Source of the DNA: Nitrospinaceae bacterium | Lineage (GTDB): Bacteria; Nitrospinota; Nitrospinia; Nitrospinales; Nitrospinaceae | DNA: 64,000 bases | Direction: 5' to 3' | NCBI GenBank assembly: GCA_965223665.1 | Contig: OZ245011.1 | Span: forward strand, 1,024,001-1,088,000 | Shown here: positions 29,982-39,800 of the stretch, piece by piece | Numbering within the stretch: the first letter of the stretch is position 1 | Layout: each line of letters starts with the position of its first letter | Notes under the pieces: generated by a model | What the model was told of the DNA's origin: nothing | The model's database searches: none | What the model saw: only the letters and a program-made list of their open reading frames with translations | Translations under genes and position numbers: made by a program

Positions 29982-30098
29982 AAAATGGACCAACCTGAGA
30001 TTAGTAAGCCTAAAGGTCAAGATTCGCCAAAAATTATTTTGAATTCAAGATCCATTTTTTTGTTTTTGGTTTGACTAATACTCCCTTTGGTCCATTTT
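29982..30098 (+). terminator. Long imperfect hairpin after the GAK-like operon
   Basis: AAAATGGACCAA...TTGGTCCATTTT outer stem; GAG-ATTAGT/ACTAAT-A-CTC and AAGCC/GGTTT inner pairing; poly-T tail. Confidence 0.55.
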
Positions 30099-30281
30099 TT
30101 TTATTTTCCCGCTCACCCTCCAAACTTGAATCAATTATCTCCTTAAAATATTTCTCTCCAAATACTAATTCAATACAAGTACAGTTATTCTATTTTCTTG
30201 AATGAAGCTAATTTGAAAAAGAAATATTTATTTAAATGTGATTTTTTTTCGAGCTAGAATCATTCTTTTTAAGGAGACAAC

Positions 30282-32537
30282 ATGCCGGTAAAAAACCGAA
30301 ATCTATTAAGAAACTTTAATATTGTTTTTTTAAATTCATTGATTGTGTTTATGGTCTTAGGTTCCCCACTTTGGGCAGACCATCCCATAAACAAACCACG
30401 GAAACCCAAATATGGTTTTAATCGAATTGCTACATTCCCGGTATATTTGAATACAAGTGAAGGGGTGGAAACGGTAGCTGAAATTGTTTCAGTTTCAGAG
30501 GATGGGAATACCCTGATATACACAGACAGTGAAACAGAAAAAATTGGATTTGTAGATATAAAAAATCCGGAAAATCCTCTACCTGACGGAACGGTTGACT
30601 TAGGAGGAGAACCTACCTCAGTTGCTGTTTCCGGACGGTGGGCATTAGTTGGTGTAAATACTTCTCCAGATCTTTTAAATCCCTCTGGTCACTTAGCTAT
30701 TATAGATATCCCTCTTAAAATGATTGTTCATCAAATAGATTTAGGTGGACAACCTGACTCCGTTGCCGTAAGTCCGGACCGAAAATATGTAGCAATTGCA
30801 ATTGAAAATGAGAGGGATGAGGACATAGTCGTCAATGGAGAAGAAGGAGGTTTACCTCAATTACCTGCCGGATTTTTAGTTGTTGTTGAAACTAAAGGAG
30901 CGCCCGCTCAATGGTCTTCTCATAAAGTAGATTTGACTGGATTACCTGGGGTTGAATTTCCAGAAGATCCTGAACCAGAATTTGTCGATATTAATCGAGC
31001 AAATATTGCAGCCGTAACTCTGCAAGAAAATAACGCTATGGTTTTGGTTAACCTAAAAAGCCGAAAAGTGTTGCGCTCCTTTAATCTGGGAACAGTGAAC
31101 CTTGCAGATATCGATATAGAAGAAAATAAACTAATTGAACTCAACAGTAACCTCGATGACGTTCCGCGAGAGCCAGACGCCGTATCCTGGTTGCATAATT
31201 ATTTTTTGGTCACAGCCAATGAAGGTGATTTTAAGGGTGGGAGTCGTGGCTTTTCAATTTTCAATCCCTCAGGAACTGAAAAGTATGAATCTTATGAATC
31301 TGTTGAACACATTGCTGTAAAACACGGACACTATCCCGAAAAACGAGCCGACAGTAAGGGAAATGAACCAGAAGGAATTGAAGTCGCTCGGTACGGAAAT
31401 AAAACATTTATTTTTGTAGGTTCTGAACGAGGAAATTTTGTAGCGGTGTACTGTGCAAAGTTATTTCGCCGCCCCCAATTTATGCAATTGCTCCCAACGG
31501 GAGTTGGACCTGAAGGTTTACTGGCTATTCCAAAACGAAACCTGTTTGTTGTCGCCGCTGAAAAGGATGATGTAGATGAAGGTTTTCGATCTATTATTAC
31601 CATTTACAAATTGGAAAAAGGAAAACCAGTCTATCCGACCATTAAGTCAACTTATGATAGAAAATCCGGTTTACCTATTCCCTGGGGTGCTCTTTCAGGA
31701 CTGGCTGCAGATAAAGACAACAGCAACAAGCTTTATTCTGTGCATGACAGTTTTTATAACAACTCCAGAATCTATACCGTTAATGTTAAAAGAAAACCTG
31801 CCCACATCAAAAAAGAAACCATTTTAAAAGATAATGGAGAAATGGTGAATTTTGATTTAGAAGGCATTGTTCAAAGAGCTGATGGTGGCTTTTGGTTGGT
31901 TTCTGAAGGTAGAGGAGAAGACGACACATTAAATCTCCTAATTCGCGCCGATTCCAATGGAATAATTCAGGAAAAAGTGGAACTACCAGCATCTGTGAAC
32001 GCTCAACAAGTACGGTTTGGATTTGAAGGTGTAGCTGTTACCAAAGACGGTGATACAGAAGTAATATACGTAGCTTTTCAACGTGAATGGAAAGATGATC
32101 CTGCAGGATTTGTCCGAATTGGTGAATACAGGACTGACGCGAAAAATTGGAGATTCTTTCACTATCCTTTAGATGCTCCTCCGACCGATGCCTGGGTCGG
32201 GTTGTCAGAAATCGTTGCAAAAAATAACAACACCTTTTGGGTCATTGAGCGTGATAATCAACAAGGACACAAAGCAGTTGCTAAAAAGGTTTATGAATTT
32301 TCCATAAATGGCATTACCCCCGCCGAACAGGGCAACTCTTTTCCGGTTTTATCTAAAACCCTGGTAGAAGATTTGCTTCCCCATTTAAAGAAACCCAAAG
32401 GTTGGGTGCTGGATAAAGTAGAAGGCCTCACAATTGCCAAAGATGGACAGGTCTATTTAGTGACAGATAATGATGGATTAGATGATGCTCTTGGAGAAAC
32501 ACAGTTCTTTTCACTGGGAAACGTTAATAAACCATAA
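30282..32537 (+). CDS. Secreted beta-propeller plus phytase-like esterase (alkaline-phosphatase-like)
   Basis: Signal peptide; GEPTSVAV, GQPDSVAV, ANEGD, GNEPEG, GPEGL; C-terminal SGLA, DLEGI, GFEGVA, VIERDN, KVEGL, VTDNDG. Confidence 0.8.
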   Translation: MPVKNRNLLRNFNIVFLNSLIVFMVLGSPLWADHPINKPRKPKYGFNRIATFPVYLNTSEGVETVAEIVSVSEDGNTLIYTDSETEKIGFVDIKNPENPLPDGTVDLGGEPTSVAVSGRWALVGVNTSPDLLNPSGHLAIIDIPLKMIVHQIDLGGQPDSVAVSPDRKYVAIAIENERDEDIVVNGEEGGLPQLPAGFLVVVETKGAPAQWSSHKVDLTGLPGVEFPEDPEPEFVDINRANIAAVTLQENNAMVLVNLKSRKVLRSFNLGTVNLADIDIEENKLIELNSNLDDVPREPDAVSWLHNYFLVTANEGDFKGGSRGFSIFNPSGTEKYESYESVEHIAVKHGHYPEKRADSKGNEPEGIEVARYGNKTFIFVGSERGNFVAVYCAKLFRRPQFMQLLPTGVGPEGLLAIPKRNLFVVAAEKDDVDEGFRSIITIYKLEKGKPVYPTIKSTYDRKSGLPIPWGALSGLAADKDNSNKLYSVHDSFYNNSRIYTVNVKRKPAHIKKETILKDNGEMVNFDLEGIVQRADGGFWLVSEGRGEDDTLNLLIRADSNGIIQEKVELPASVNAQQVRFGFEGVAVTKDGDTEVIYVAFQREWKDDPAGFVRIGEYRTDAKNWRFFHYPLDAPPTDAWVGLSEIVAKNNNTFWVIERDNQQGHKAVAKKVYEFSINGITPAEQGNSFPVLSKTLVEDLLPHLKKPKGWVLDKVEGLTIAKDGQVYLVTDNDGLDDALGETQFFSLGNVNKP

Positions 32538-32548
32538 CTCTTGTCTAC

Positions 32549-32592
32549 AAAAGTTATCCTAACGATCTACCAGAGACGTTAGGATAACTTTT
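32549..32592. terminator. Rho-independent terminator, potentially bidirectional
   Basis: AAAAGTTATCCTAACG...CGTTAGGATAACTTTT perfect 16-bp stem. Confidence 0.8.
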
Positions 32593-32621
32593 AATTTTAA
32601 CCTCAGCGAGACCTCTTTGGA

Positions 32622-33260
32622 ATGTTAAATAAATTATTAAAGTTAAAAATTAAAAAAAATTCACTTTTAAATTTAATTACAGTCTTTATTTTTTTATTCA
32701 GCATTAATGAAACTTATTTTTACTCCATTGCAGAAAGCCAGGAGTATATAAATATTCAACGTAACGAAAACCTGATAAGCGCTAAAATTGAAGAAGCCTC
32801 TCTTAGGGAAGTCTTATGGAAGTTATCAGAAATCTTTCCATTAGAAATTAATTTTAAGGGATCTCCACCTCAAAAAATTATTAGCTTAAATTTTTATAAT
32901 CTTCAGATTCAAGAAGGAATTGAACAAATTCTCGAAGGAGAATCTTATGTAATCTTAAAGTTTGATTATTATAAAGAATATCCATTAAAAATTGTGATTC
33001 ACCCTTCCGCCTCCACCTCAAATTGCACTCCCGAGGAAGATCTATTTAAAAGGGACTCAGACCCACCCTTAAACAAAATCAAATGTTATATTCTTAGGGG
33101 AATTAATCCACAGTTAAGATTTTCTGCTTTAGAAGCACTGTTGGATCGAGGAGAAGAAAAAGAAATACGTGAAATCCTGGCACAAATGACTGTTGACCCT
33201 AACCTTCAGATCAAAGAATTTGCCTACCGATTGCTGGTTGAGACAGAAGAATTTAACTAA
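32622..33260 (+). CDS. Hypothetical exported protein, STN/secretin-N-like domain plus HEAT-like C-terminus
   Basis: ISAKIEEASLREVL..ISLNF..LQIQEGIEQIL; RFSALEAL..DPNLQIKEFA. Confidence 0.6.
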   Translation: MLNKLLKLKIKKNSLLNLITVFIFLFSINETYFYSIAESQEYINIQRNENLISAKIEEASLREVLWKLSEIFPLEINFKGSPPQKIISLNFYNLQIQEGIEQILEGESYVILKFDYYKEYPLKIVIHPSASTSNCTPEEDLFKRDSDPPLNKIKCYILRGINPQLRFSALEALLDRGEEKEIREILAQMTVDPNLQIKEFAYRLLVETEEFN

Positions 33261-33571
33261 TTAAGTAAAAACTTTTTAAAATATTCACCCTATTATAAAA
33301 TAAATTTGTCCCTGAATGGCTTTCATCTTACCTCTATTTTTATAATTTATATTTTAAATAAAATAGATTTCTTCTTTAATTATTTTTGTTTTCCTACAAA
33401 ACAACCCTATTTTTCTAACAAAAGTTTTGAGTAATTTTCGCCTTTTCCTAACATTTCAAAAAAAAACTTTAAAATTTACAAATTTTCTACTAGGTTTTTA
33501 TTGGGGTTAGCTTAGATTATTAATATAATTAATATTATACTTTTTCTAATCTCAAAGAATGGAGGTATTCA

Positions 33572-33742
33572 ATGGAAAAAGGATTAAGAATTGAAATATT
33601 TTGTTTTTTATTGGCCTTCTTGATTTTTTCTGGTTGTAGCGCGTTAACCCCTGGTCCAGATAAAGCACAAAGTGCTAATCAGAATAATGATTCTGTTTTA
33701 GCTATGGATTATGATGAGGAAGAGGATGACAATTTTGATTAA
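33572..33742 (+). CDS. Small 56-aa lipoprotein with acidic tail (below ORF-track cutoff)
   Basis: GGAGGT RBS; MEKGLRIEIFCFLLAFLIFSG-C SALTPG...DYDEEEDDNFD. Confidence 0.75.
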   Translation: MEKGLRIEIFCFLLAFLIFSGCSALTPGPDKAQSANQNNDSVLAMDYDEEEDDNFD

Positions 33743-33813
33743 ATCAAAATTCCACTTCTTACTTTCTTAGCATCCCGAAATTATGAGGAAAATTTTCAAG
33801 AGTTTTTATTCGC

Positions 33814-33859
33814 ATCCCTTGGTCCTAGGTAAATTTTGACTCACCTAGGATCAAGGGAT
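33814..33859. terminator. Stem-loop downstream of the small lipoprotein gene
   Basis: ATCCCTTGGTCCTAGGT...ACCTAGGATCAAGGGAT, 17-bp stem with one G-T pair. Confidence 0.65.
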
Positions 33860-34201
33860 CCGGAAAGAAACCCATCCCTAGTTTCTTACCAAATATTTAA
33901 AAAGTATTATTTGCCTGTCTGTTCCCTCTTATTTCATTTAAACCAATTTTACTTTCAATCCGTCTCCATAAAATTTATCTCAACGAATTTAAAGCCTCAA
34001 TAAAATATTGTTTTTCGAACTTATTTTATTATTTTAGAGGAAAAATATCGGATTTCTTATAGATATTATCTTTTTAAATTTTATCAAACCAAAGTTTAAT
34101 ACCCTCCTAACATAAATCAAACACAGCTTTATTATTTATATAAACCTAGTTTTTTAACTATTTAAGAGTCCCTTGAAAATCAAACAACTCTATTAAAAAT
34201 T

Positions 34202-34543
34202 ATGAATAATAAATTTTTCTTAATATTTCTAGTCACATTATTTATCATCCTGGCCCAATTTAATTTGGTCTCCGCCAAAATAATCCCTCTTGACTTGGAT
34301 AACAGGAATCACATTGAGTTCGTTACCAGTGAACCCGTCGATCCAATGGTCCTTAGCTATACCCCTTCTCAATTAGTTAATCCAAGTAAAACTCAGTCCT
34401 TCAAACCTGGGAAATTAAATCGCAAAAAAAGTAACAAAGAAATTCGAAAAAAAATTAAACAATTCTTAAAAAAAAGAAAAAGAAGAAAAAGAGATACTTT
34501 CGTAAATAATTTCAATCTTGATTCTATCCCCTTTTGTCGGTGA
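34202..34543 (+). CDS. Hypothetical exported basic protein, possibly truncated
   Basis: Signal peptide (VSA cleavage); Lys/Arg-rich C-terminal half. Confidence 0.45.
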   Translation: MNNKFFLIFLVTLFIILAQFNLVSAKIIPLDLDNRNHIEFVTSEPVDPMVLSYTPSQLVNPSKTQSFKPGKLNRKKSNKEIRKKIKQFLKKRKRRKRDTFVNNFNLDSIPFCR

Positions 34544-34693
34544 CGTACCAATACAAATTCGAGGACATTTGGTTATTCATTCCGAATTTGAAAAGAGTAA
34601 AACAGATCAGTTCCCAAAACAAGGGTAGTGGTGTGACGGTTCCCAATTTGTCCAAGAAGACCTGGTAAGGGAAAAGCCATTTTCCATTCGTTT

Positions 34694-34872
34694 TCACCGG
34701 AACTTTATCATCAGTTCGACAGCGGAACCCAGTTTTATTTCATTCCTTATTTTCGACTGGAAAGCGCCGATTCCAAACGAACCCATTTTGATTTGCGCAA
34801 GCTGGACATTTTTTATTTGATAGAGCGATGACAGTTTCTATCGGCGTACGCAAAGTGTTTTGGGGAATCACT
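34694..34872 (+). pseudogene. Fragment of an outer-membrane beta-barrel gene
   Basis: SPELYHQFDSGTQFYFIPYFRLESADSKRTHFDLRKL, then stop/frameshift, then VSIGVRKVFWGIT; resembles the RTHFDIRE..GIRKVFWGV barrel family from memory. Confidence 0.55.
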
Positions 34873-35409
34873 TTGGACCTGGTGCTTTTTTATTTTGTCA
34901 GAATCAGTCGCGACCCAATATTAAATTTTTGATTCAAAAATGGTAAGTTGGTATTGATCCCGTTTTATGAACAGATACGACAAATCAGCATCGGTACCCT
35001 TTACGTATAAGCGTTGGATCTTCGAAAAAGATCGTGGTTTGCCAGCATCCCACCCTTGCTCATTTTTTAAAAATAAGATCCAAGCTAGCTTTAATTTTTC
35101 TAAATCTGGGATTTGATTGGCAGCCATTTCCATCGCTTTGCGGTCTTTGTCCAAAATAAACAAATCAGTTTTAGTGAAGGTCCATAATCAATGCTTAATG
35201 AATATTTAAAGGCGCGCGCAACCTGTTTGCAACTTGTTATTTGACTAATAATTAAGGCCTAATTTCAGGTTCATCATTTTAAATATTTTTTAAGAGAAGC
35301 TTATTATTGAAAATAAGTAGTTTAAAAAAATAGGGTGATCGTTCAAATTGCTATTTGCCATTTTAGCTGCTACGGTTTGCTCTACGGAATTTGTCGATTA
35401 AGAAGAATT

Positions 35410-36219
35410 TCATTTAGCGCATCTAAAGCCAATATGAAAATTCTTATTTTCTGGAAGAAGTCTAAACCGGAAACTTGTTCTTAAAGTACTCGGTTCTCCC
35501 GACCAGGAACCCCCTCTAAGAATCTTTTCAGTTCCTTTTTTTGGACCAGGAGGATTATTTATGGAAGCGCTCTCATAATATTTTGAATCATACCAATCAG
35601 AAACCCACTCCCAAACATTTCCTGACATATCATACAAACCATATGCATTAGGCGGAAAACTGCCCACAGGCGAGGTTGTTGTATTTTCATCATCAAATTG
35701 ACTCAACTTCCAGTTATGCTTGCAGTTTTCATCACAAAAATTTCCTTTTAATGACTCAAATTTCATTCCCCAGGAAAATTTCAAGCCCTTCCCTCCCTTC
35801 GCCGCCTTTTCCCACTCCGCCTCGGTGGGTAATCGCTTTCCTACCCTTTGGCAAAATGAATTAGCTTCACTCCAAGTTATCGACTCAATAGGTAATTTTT
35901 CCCCTTTAAAATAGGAGGGGTTGTATTTCATTACTTTTTCAAAGTCCTCTTGCGAAACTTCAAATTGATCCATAAAAAATTCATCTATATGAACCTTGTG
36001 CCGAGGGTTTTCGTCAGCATACCAATCCCGACGACATATTTTGTAATACTTTTTACATTCTTTATAACCTTCATCATCAGGAGCTCCCATAAAAAACTCA
36101 CCCGATGGAATCAATACCATTCCAGAAGTCGGCTTCTCTTTATTTGCGAACGAAATCAATGGAGTCAAAAACACAGTTACTATCAAAATATATTCTAGGA
36201 GTATTAAATTTCGTTTCAT
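35410..36219 (-). CDS. FGE-sulfatase (SUMF1) domain protein, secreted
   Basis: MVLIPSGEFFMG, RLPTEAEWEKAA, GLYDMSGNVWEW, RGGSW, GFRCAK. Confidence 0.92.
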   Translation of the reverse strand: MKRNLILLEYILIVTVFLTPLISFANKEKPTSGMVLIPSGEFFMGAPDDEGYKECKKYYKICRRDWYADENPRHKVHIDEFFMDQFEVSQEDFEKVMKYNPSYFKGEKLPIESITWSEANSFCQRVGKRLPTEAEWEKAAKGGKGLKFSWGMKFESLKGNFCDENCKHNWKLSQFDDENTTTSPVGSFPPNAYGLYDMSGNVWEWVSDWYDSKYYESASINNPPGPKKGTEKILRGGSWSGEPSTLRTSFRFRLLPENKNFHIGFRCAK

Positions 36220-36243
36220 ATAGAACTACTCTTAAATTACCGT

Positions 36244-36792
36244 TTAATTTGTTTTAATAATCTTAGCGAGCTTTAAAACCTTTGAGCTTATATAAATGTT
36301 TTCTTCTCGTGATCGTTTATAATTTATTTCAAAGTGTACTTTATTGTATTCGACATAAAAATTAACAATCCCTCCAGCCATTGCAAAATTGGGAGTATCA
36401 CTCACTGTCAAAACATTTGAACCTTGCAACCTTTTAATAATTTTTTGAAAGCTTCGTTCTTTTTCAGAACTTAGAAATAACATTTGACAGCACTTTATTT
36501 CCTTTAAGTTTTTTATTTTTCTGACTTCTAACCACCGGCTGTTATATTTTTTCTTGGGAAGTGATTTCAGTGCCCTCAATACAGGACTCTCCCCATAAAC
36601 AGCGATTCGAGTTACTTCTTTACTATTGGAAAACCGGGAATCCGGCCACTCCATGAAGGAAAAAAATTTAACCATAAAAGCCGCTTTAATTTGGTAAGCC
36701 AATGGACTTGTTCTTACAGGGCTATTGGCTTCGGAAACTCCTAGAAATAGAAGAACCACAACTATAATTAATTTTGAAATATTCTTATTCAT
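36244..36792 (-). CDS. YfiR-family (DUF4154) periplasmic regulator
   Basis: YQIKAAFMVKF..WP, CCQMLF, LTVSD..FA..GGIVNF, FEIN, ISSKVLKLA. Confidence 0.9.
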   Translation of the reverse strand: MNKNISKLIIVVVLLFLGVSEANSPVRTSPLAYQIKAAFMVKFFSFMEWPDSRFSNSKEVTRIAVYGESPVLRALKSLPKKKYNSRWLEVRKIKNLKEIKCCQMLFLSSEKERSFQKIIKRLQGSNVLTVSDTPNFAMAGGIVNFYVEYNKVHFEINYKRSREENIYISSKVLKLAKIIKTN

Positions 36793-36878
36793 TTAAACTT
36801 TTCAATTCCAAAGGTAAATCGCGCAAAACTCTTTCATTTAGCAGTTATTTTCATTAATTTAATATTAAGTAAATTAAA

Positions 36879-39800
36879 TCAATTATTGGGGCCATACTCT
36901 TGCGAACAAATTCTATCCCCCTTACTTGTGCCTGCGGAAACCACCATGCATTCCATCTCTATTTCCTCAGATTCATTTTCATAAACCAGATATCTTCTAA
37001 AATAATTCTCAGATTTTTTAATTTTTTTTCTTTGCAATTGGTCCAGACGCATGCTCACTAAGGAATCCATCCAGTTAGGCAATATATCCTCAGTCACTAT
37101 TTTTCCGGATTCTAAAAACTCAAAAAGCTTAGCATTTAAAATAGGGCTGCCAATTTCAGTATCTAGAAGCTCCTCCAAACTTAGCTCGGTGAGTTGTTCC
37201 ATGATCAGGGTTTCGTTCATTTGGGCCAAATTGTAATTGACATTGATTATTTCTGAATTTACCGTGCTGGTTTCTTCAGGTTGGTTTTTAATATTTTCTA
37301 AAAGGTTATTGGTTCGATCATCAGGATCCACCGGTAAGTTAGAAGGAGGACCTGAAGAAATAATGGCGAAATTATCTCCAAAATAGATAAGATTATAATT
37401 GGCTCCGCCGTTACCATCATTGATAGCGAGAGTCCCTTGCGAAATGGGATAACTACCTATAGTTTCACCCAATGCACGAACTTGACTACCCAAAAAACTG
37501 TCCCCTCCGGCCAATGAACCGGCCGTAACACTAAAGGTCAGCGCAGGGTCGGGGTCTCCAACTATTTTACTCTGCCCGGAATTTGCGGTAATCGTAATTC
37601 CTCGTGGTGTGATGGTGAAATTGTCTCCAACGTAAGTGATGCTATAGTTCGCACCGCCATTACCATCACTCACCGTCAACGTGCCCTGATTGATTGCATA
37701 CGTTCCAACATTCTCTCCCGCCGCTCTGGCCTGACTGCCGGTTAACGTATCGCCACCCACTAACGTTCCTGCAGTAATCGTCTGTGTCAACGCAGGGTCA
37801 CTGTTGCCATATACTTTGGTTTGACCCGCATCTGCTGTAATCGTAATACCCCGTTGAGAAATGGTAAAATTATCACCGACATAAGTGATGCTATAGTTCG
37901 CTCCGCCATTGCCATCACTCACCGACAACGTTCCCTGATTGATGGCGTATGTTCCGACATCTTCACCTGCCGCTCTCGCTTGACTACCGGTCAACGTATC
38001 TCCACCCACTAAACTTCCTGCCGTAATGGTTTGTGTCAAGGCCGGATCACTGTTGCCATAGACTTTCGCCTGTCCCGCATCAGCGGTAATGGTAATGCCG
38101 CGTGGTGTGATCGTAAAGTTATCTCCGACATAAGTAATAGAATAGTTCGCACCCCCATTGCCATCGCTTACAGTAAGAGTTCCCTGATTGATCGCATACG
38201 TTCCAACATTCTCGCCTGCCGCTCTGGCCTGACTACCGGTCAACGTATCGCCACCGGCCAAACTTCCTGCAGTGATCGTTTGCGTCAACGCCGGATCACT
38301 GTTGCCGTAAACTTTCGTTTGACCCGCATCCGCTGTAATCGTGATACCTCTTGGCGTGATTGAAAAATTGTCTCCAACGTAAGTAATGCTATAGTTCGCA
38401 CCGCCATTACCATCACTTACAGTCAAAGTTCCCTGATTGATCGCATACGTTCCAACATTCTCACCAGCGGCTCTGGCCTGAGAACCGGTCAACGTATCTC
38501 CACCCACTAACGTTCCTGACGTGATCGTTTGCGTCAACGCAGGATCACTGTTGCCATACACTTTAGTTTGTCCTGCATCGGCTGTAATGGTGATTCCTCT
38601 CGGAGAAATCGTAAAGTTATCGCCGACATAAGTGATTGTATAGTTCGCACCTCCGTTACCATCATCTACTGTCAATGTTCCTTGATTAATTGCATAGGCC
38701 CCTGTATCTTCTCCAGCGGCTCTGGATAAAGATCCTGTTAACGTATCCCCACCCACTAAACTACCTGAAGTAATTGTCTGTGTCAGTGCAGGATCACTGT
38801 TGCCATAGACCTTACCTTGTCCGGCATCTGCTGTAATGGTGATTCCATTTGGCGTGATCGTAAAATTTTCTCCCACGTAGGTAATGGAGTAATTCGCACC
38901 GCCATTGCCATCACTCACTGTCAACGTTCCCTGATTAATCGCATACGTCCCCACATCTTCACCCGCGGCCCGTGCCTGAGAACCGGTCAACGTATCGCCA
39001 CCGGCTAAACTCCCTGACGTGATGGTTTGTGTCAATGCTGGATCACTACTACCAAAAACTTTACTTTGTCCCGCATCGGCGGTAATCGTAATGCCACGGG
39101 GTGTGATCGTAAAGTTATCTCCGACATAAGTAATGGAATAGTTCGCACCCCCATTGCCATCCGATACTGTCAACGTGCCCTGGTTGATGGCGTACGTTCC
39201 TACATTCTCACCCGCGGCCCGTGCCTGGGATCCGGTCAACGTGTCCCCACCGGCTAAACTTCCTGAGGTGATCGTTTGCGTCAACGCCGGATCACTGTTG
39301 CCATACACTTTGGTTTGACCCGTATCCGCGGTAATCGTAATACCACGTGTCGTGATCGTAAAATTATCTCCGACATAAGTAATGGAATAGTTCGCTCCAC
39401 CATTACCATCACTCACCGTCAACGTTCCCTGATTAATCGCGTATGTTCCAACATTCTCGCCTGCGGCCCGTGACTGTGATCCGGTTAACGTATCGCCGCC
39501 GGCCAAACTTCCTGCAGTGATCGTTTGCGTCAACGTCGGATCACTGTTGCCATAGACTTTTGTTTGACCGGCATCTGCCGTGATTGTTATTCCACGTGTC
39601 GTGATCGTAAAGTTATCTCCCACATAAGTAATGGAATAGTTCGCTCCACCATTACCATCACTCACCGTCAACGTTCCCTGATTGATGGCGTACGTTCCAA
39701 CATTCTCTCCCGCCGCTCTGGCCTGACTGCCGGTTAACGTATCGCCACCCACTAACGTTCCTGCAGTAATCGTCTGTGTCAACGCAGGGTCACTGTTGCC

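Larger units (their letters stand above)
22915..35300. mobile_element. Decayed genomic island integrated at the tRNA-Pro 3' end (right boundary uncertain)
   Basis: Integrase remnant ends 11 nt from the tRNA CCA; accessory cargo and gene debris up to ~35.3 kb; no attR copy spotted. Confidence 0.5.

Noticed and set aside
30161-30182. AATACTAATTC/AATACAAGTAC as a Pho box for the phytase-like gene
   Set aside because: Only two weak units in very AT-rich DNA; not distinguishable from chance by eye
34921-35163. 80-aa ORF as a transposase fragment
   Set aside because: No DDE or IS66 motif or terminal inverted repeats that I can support
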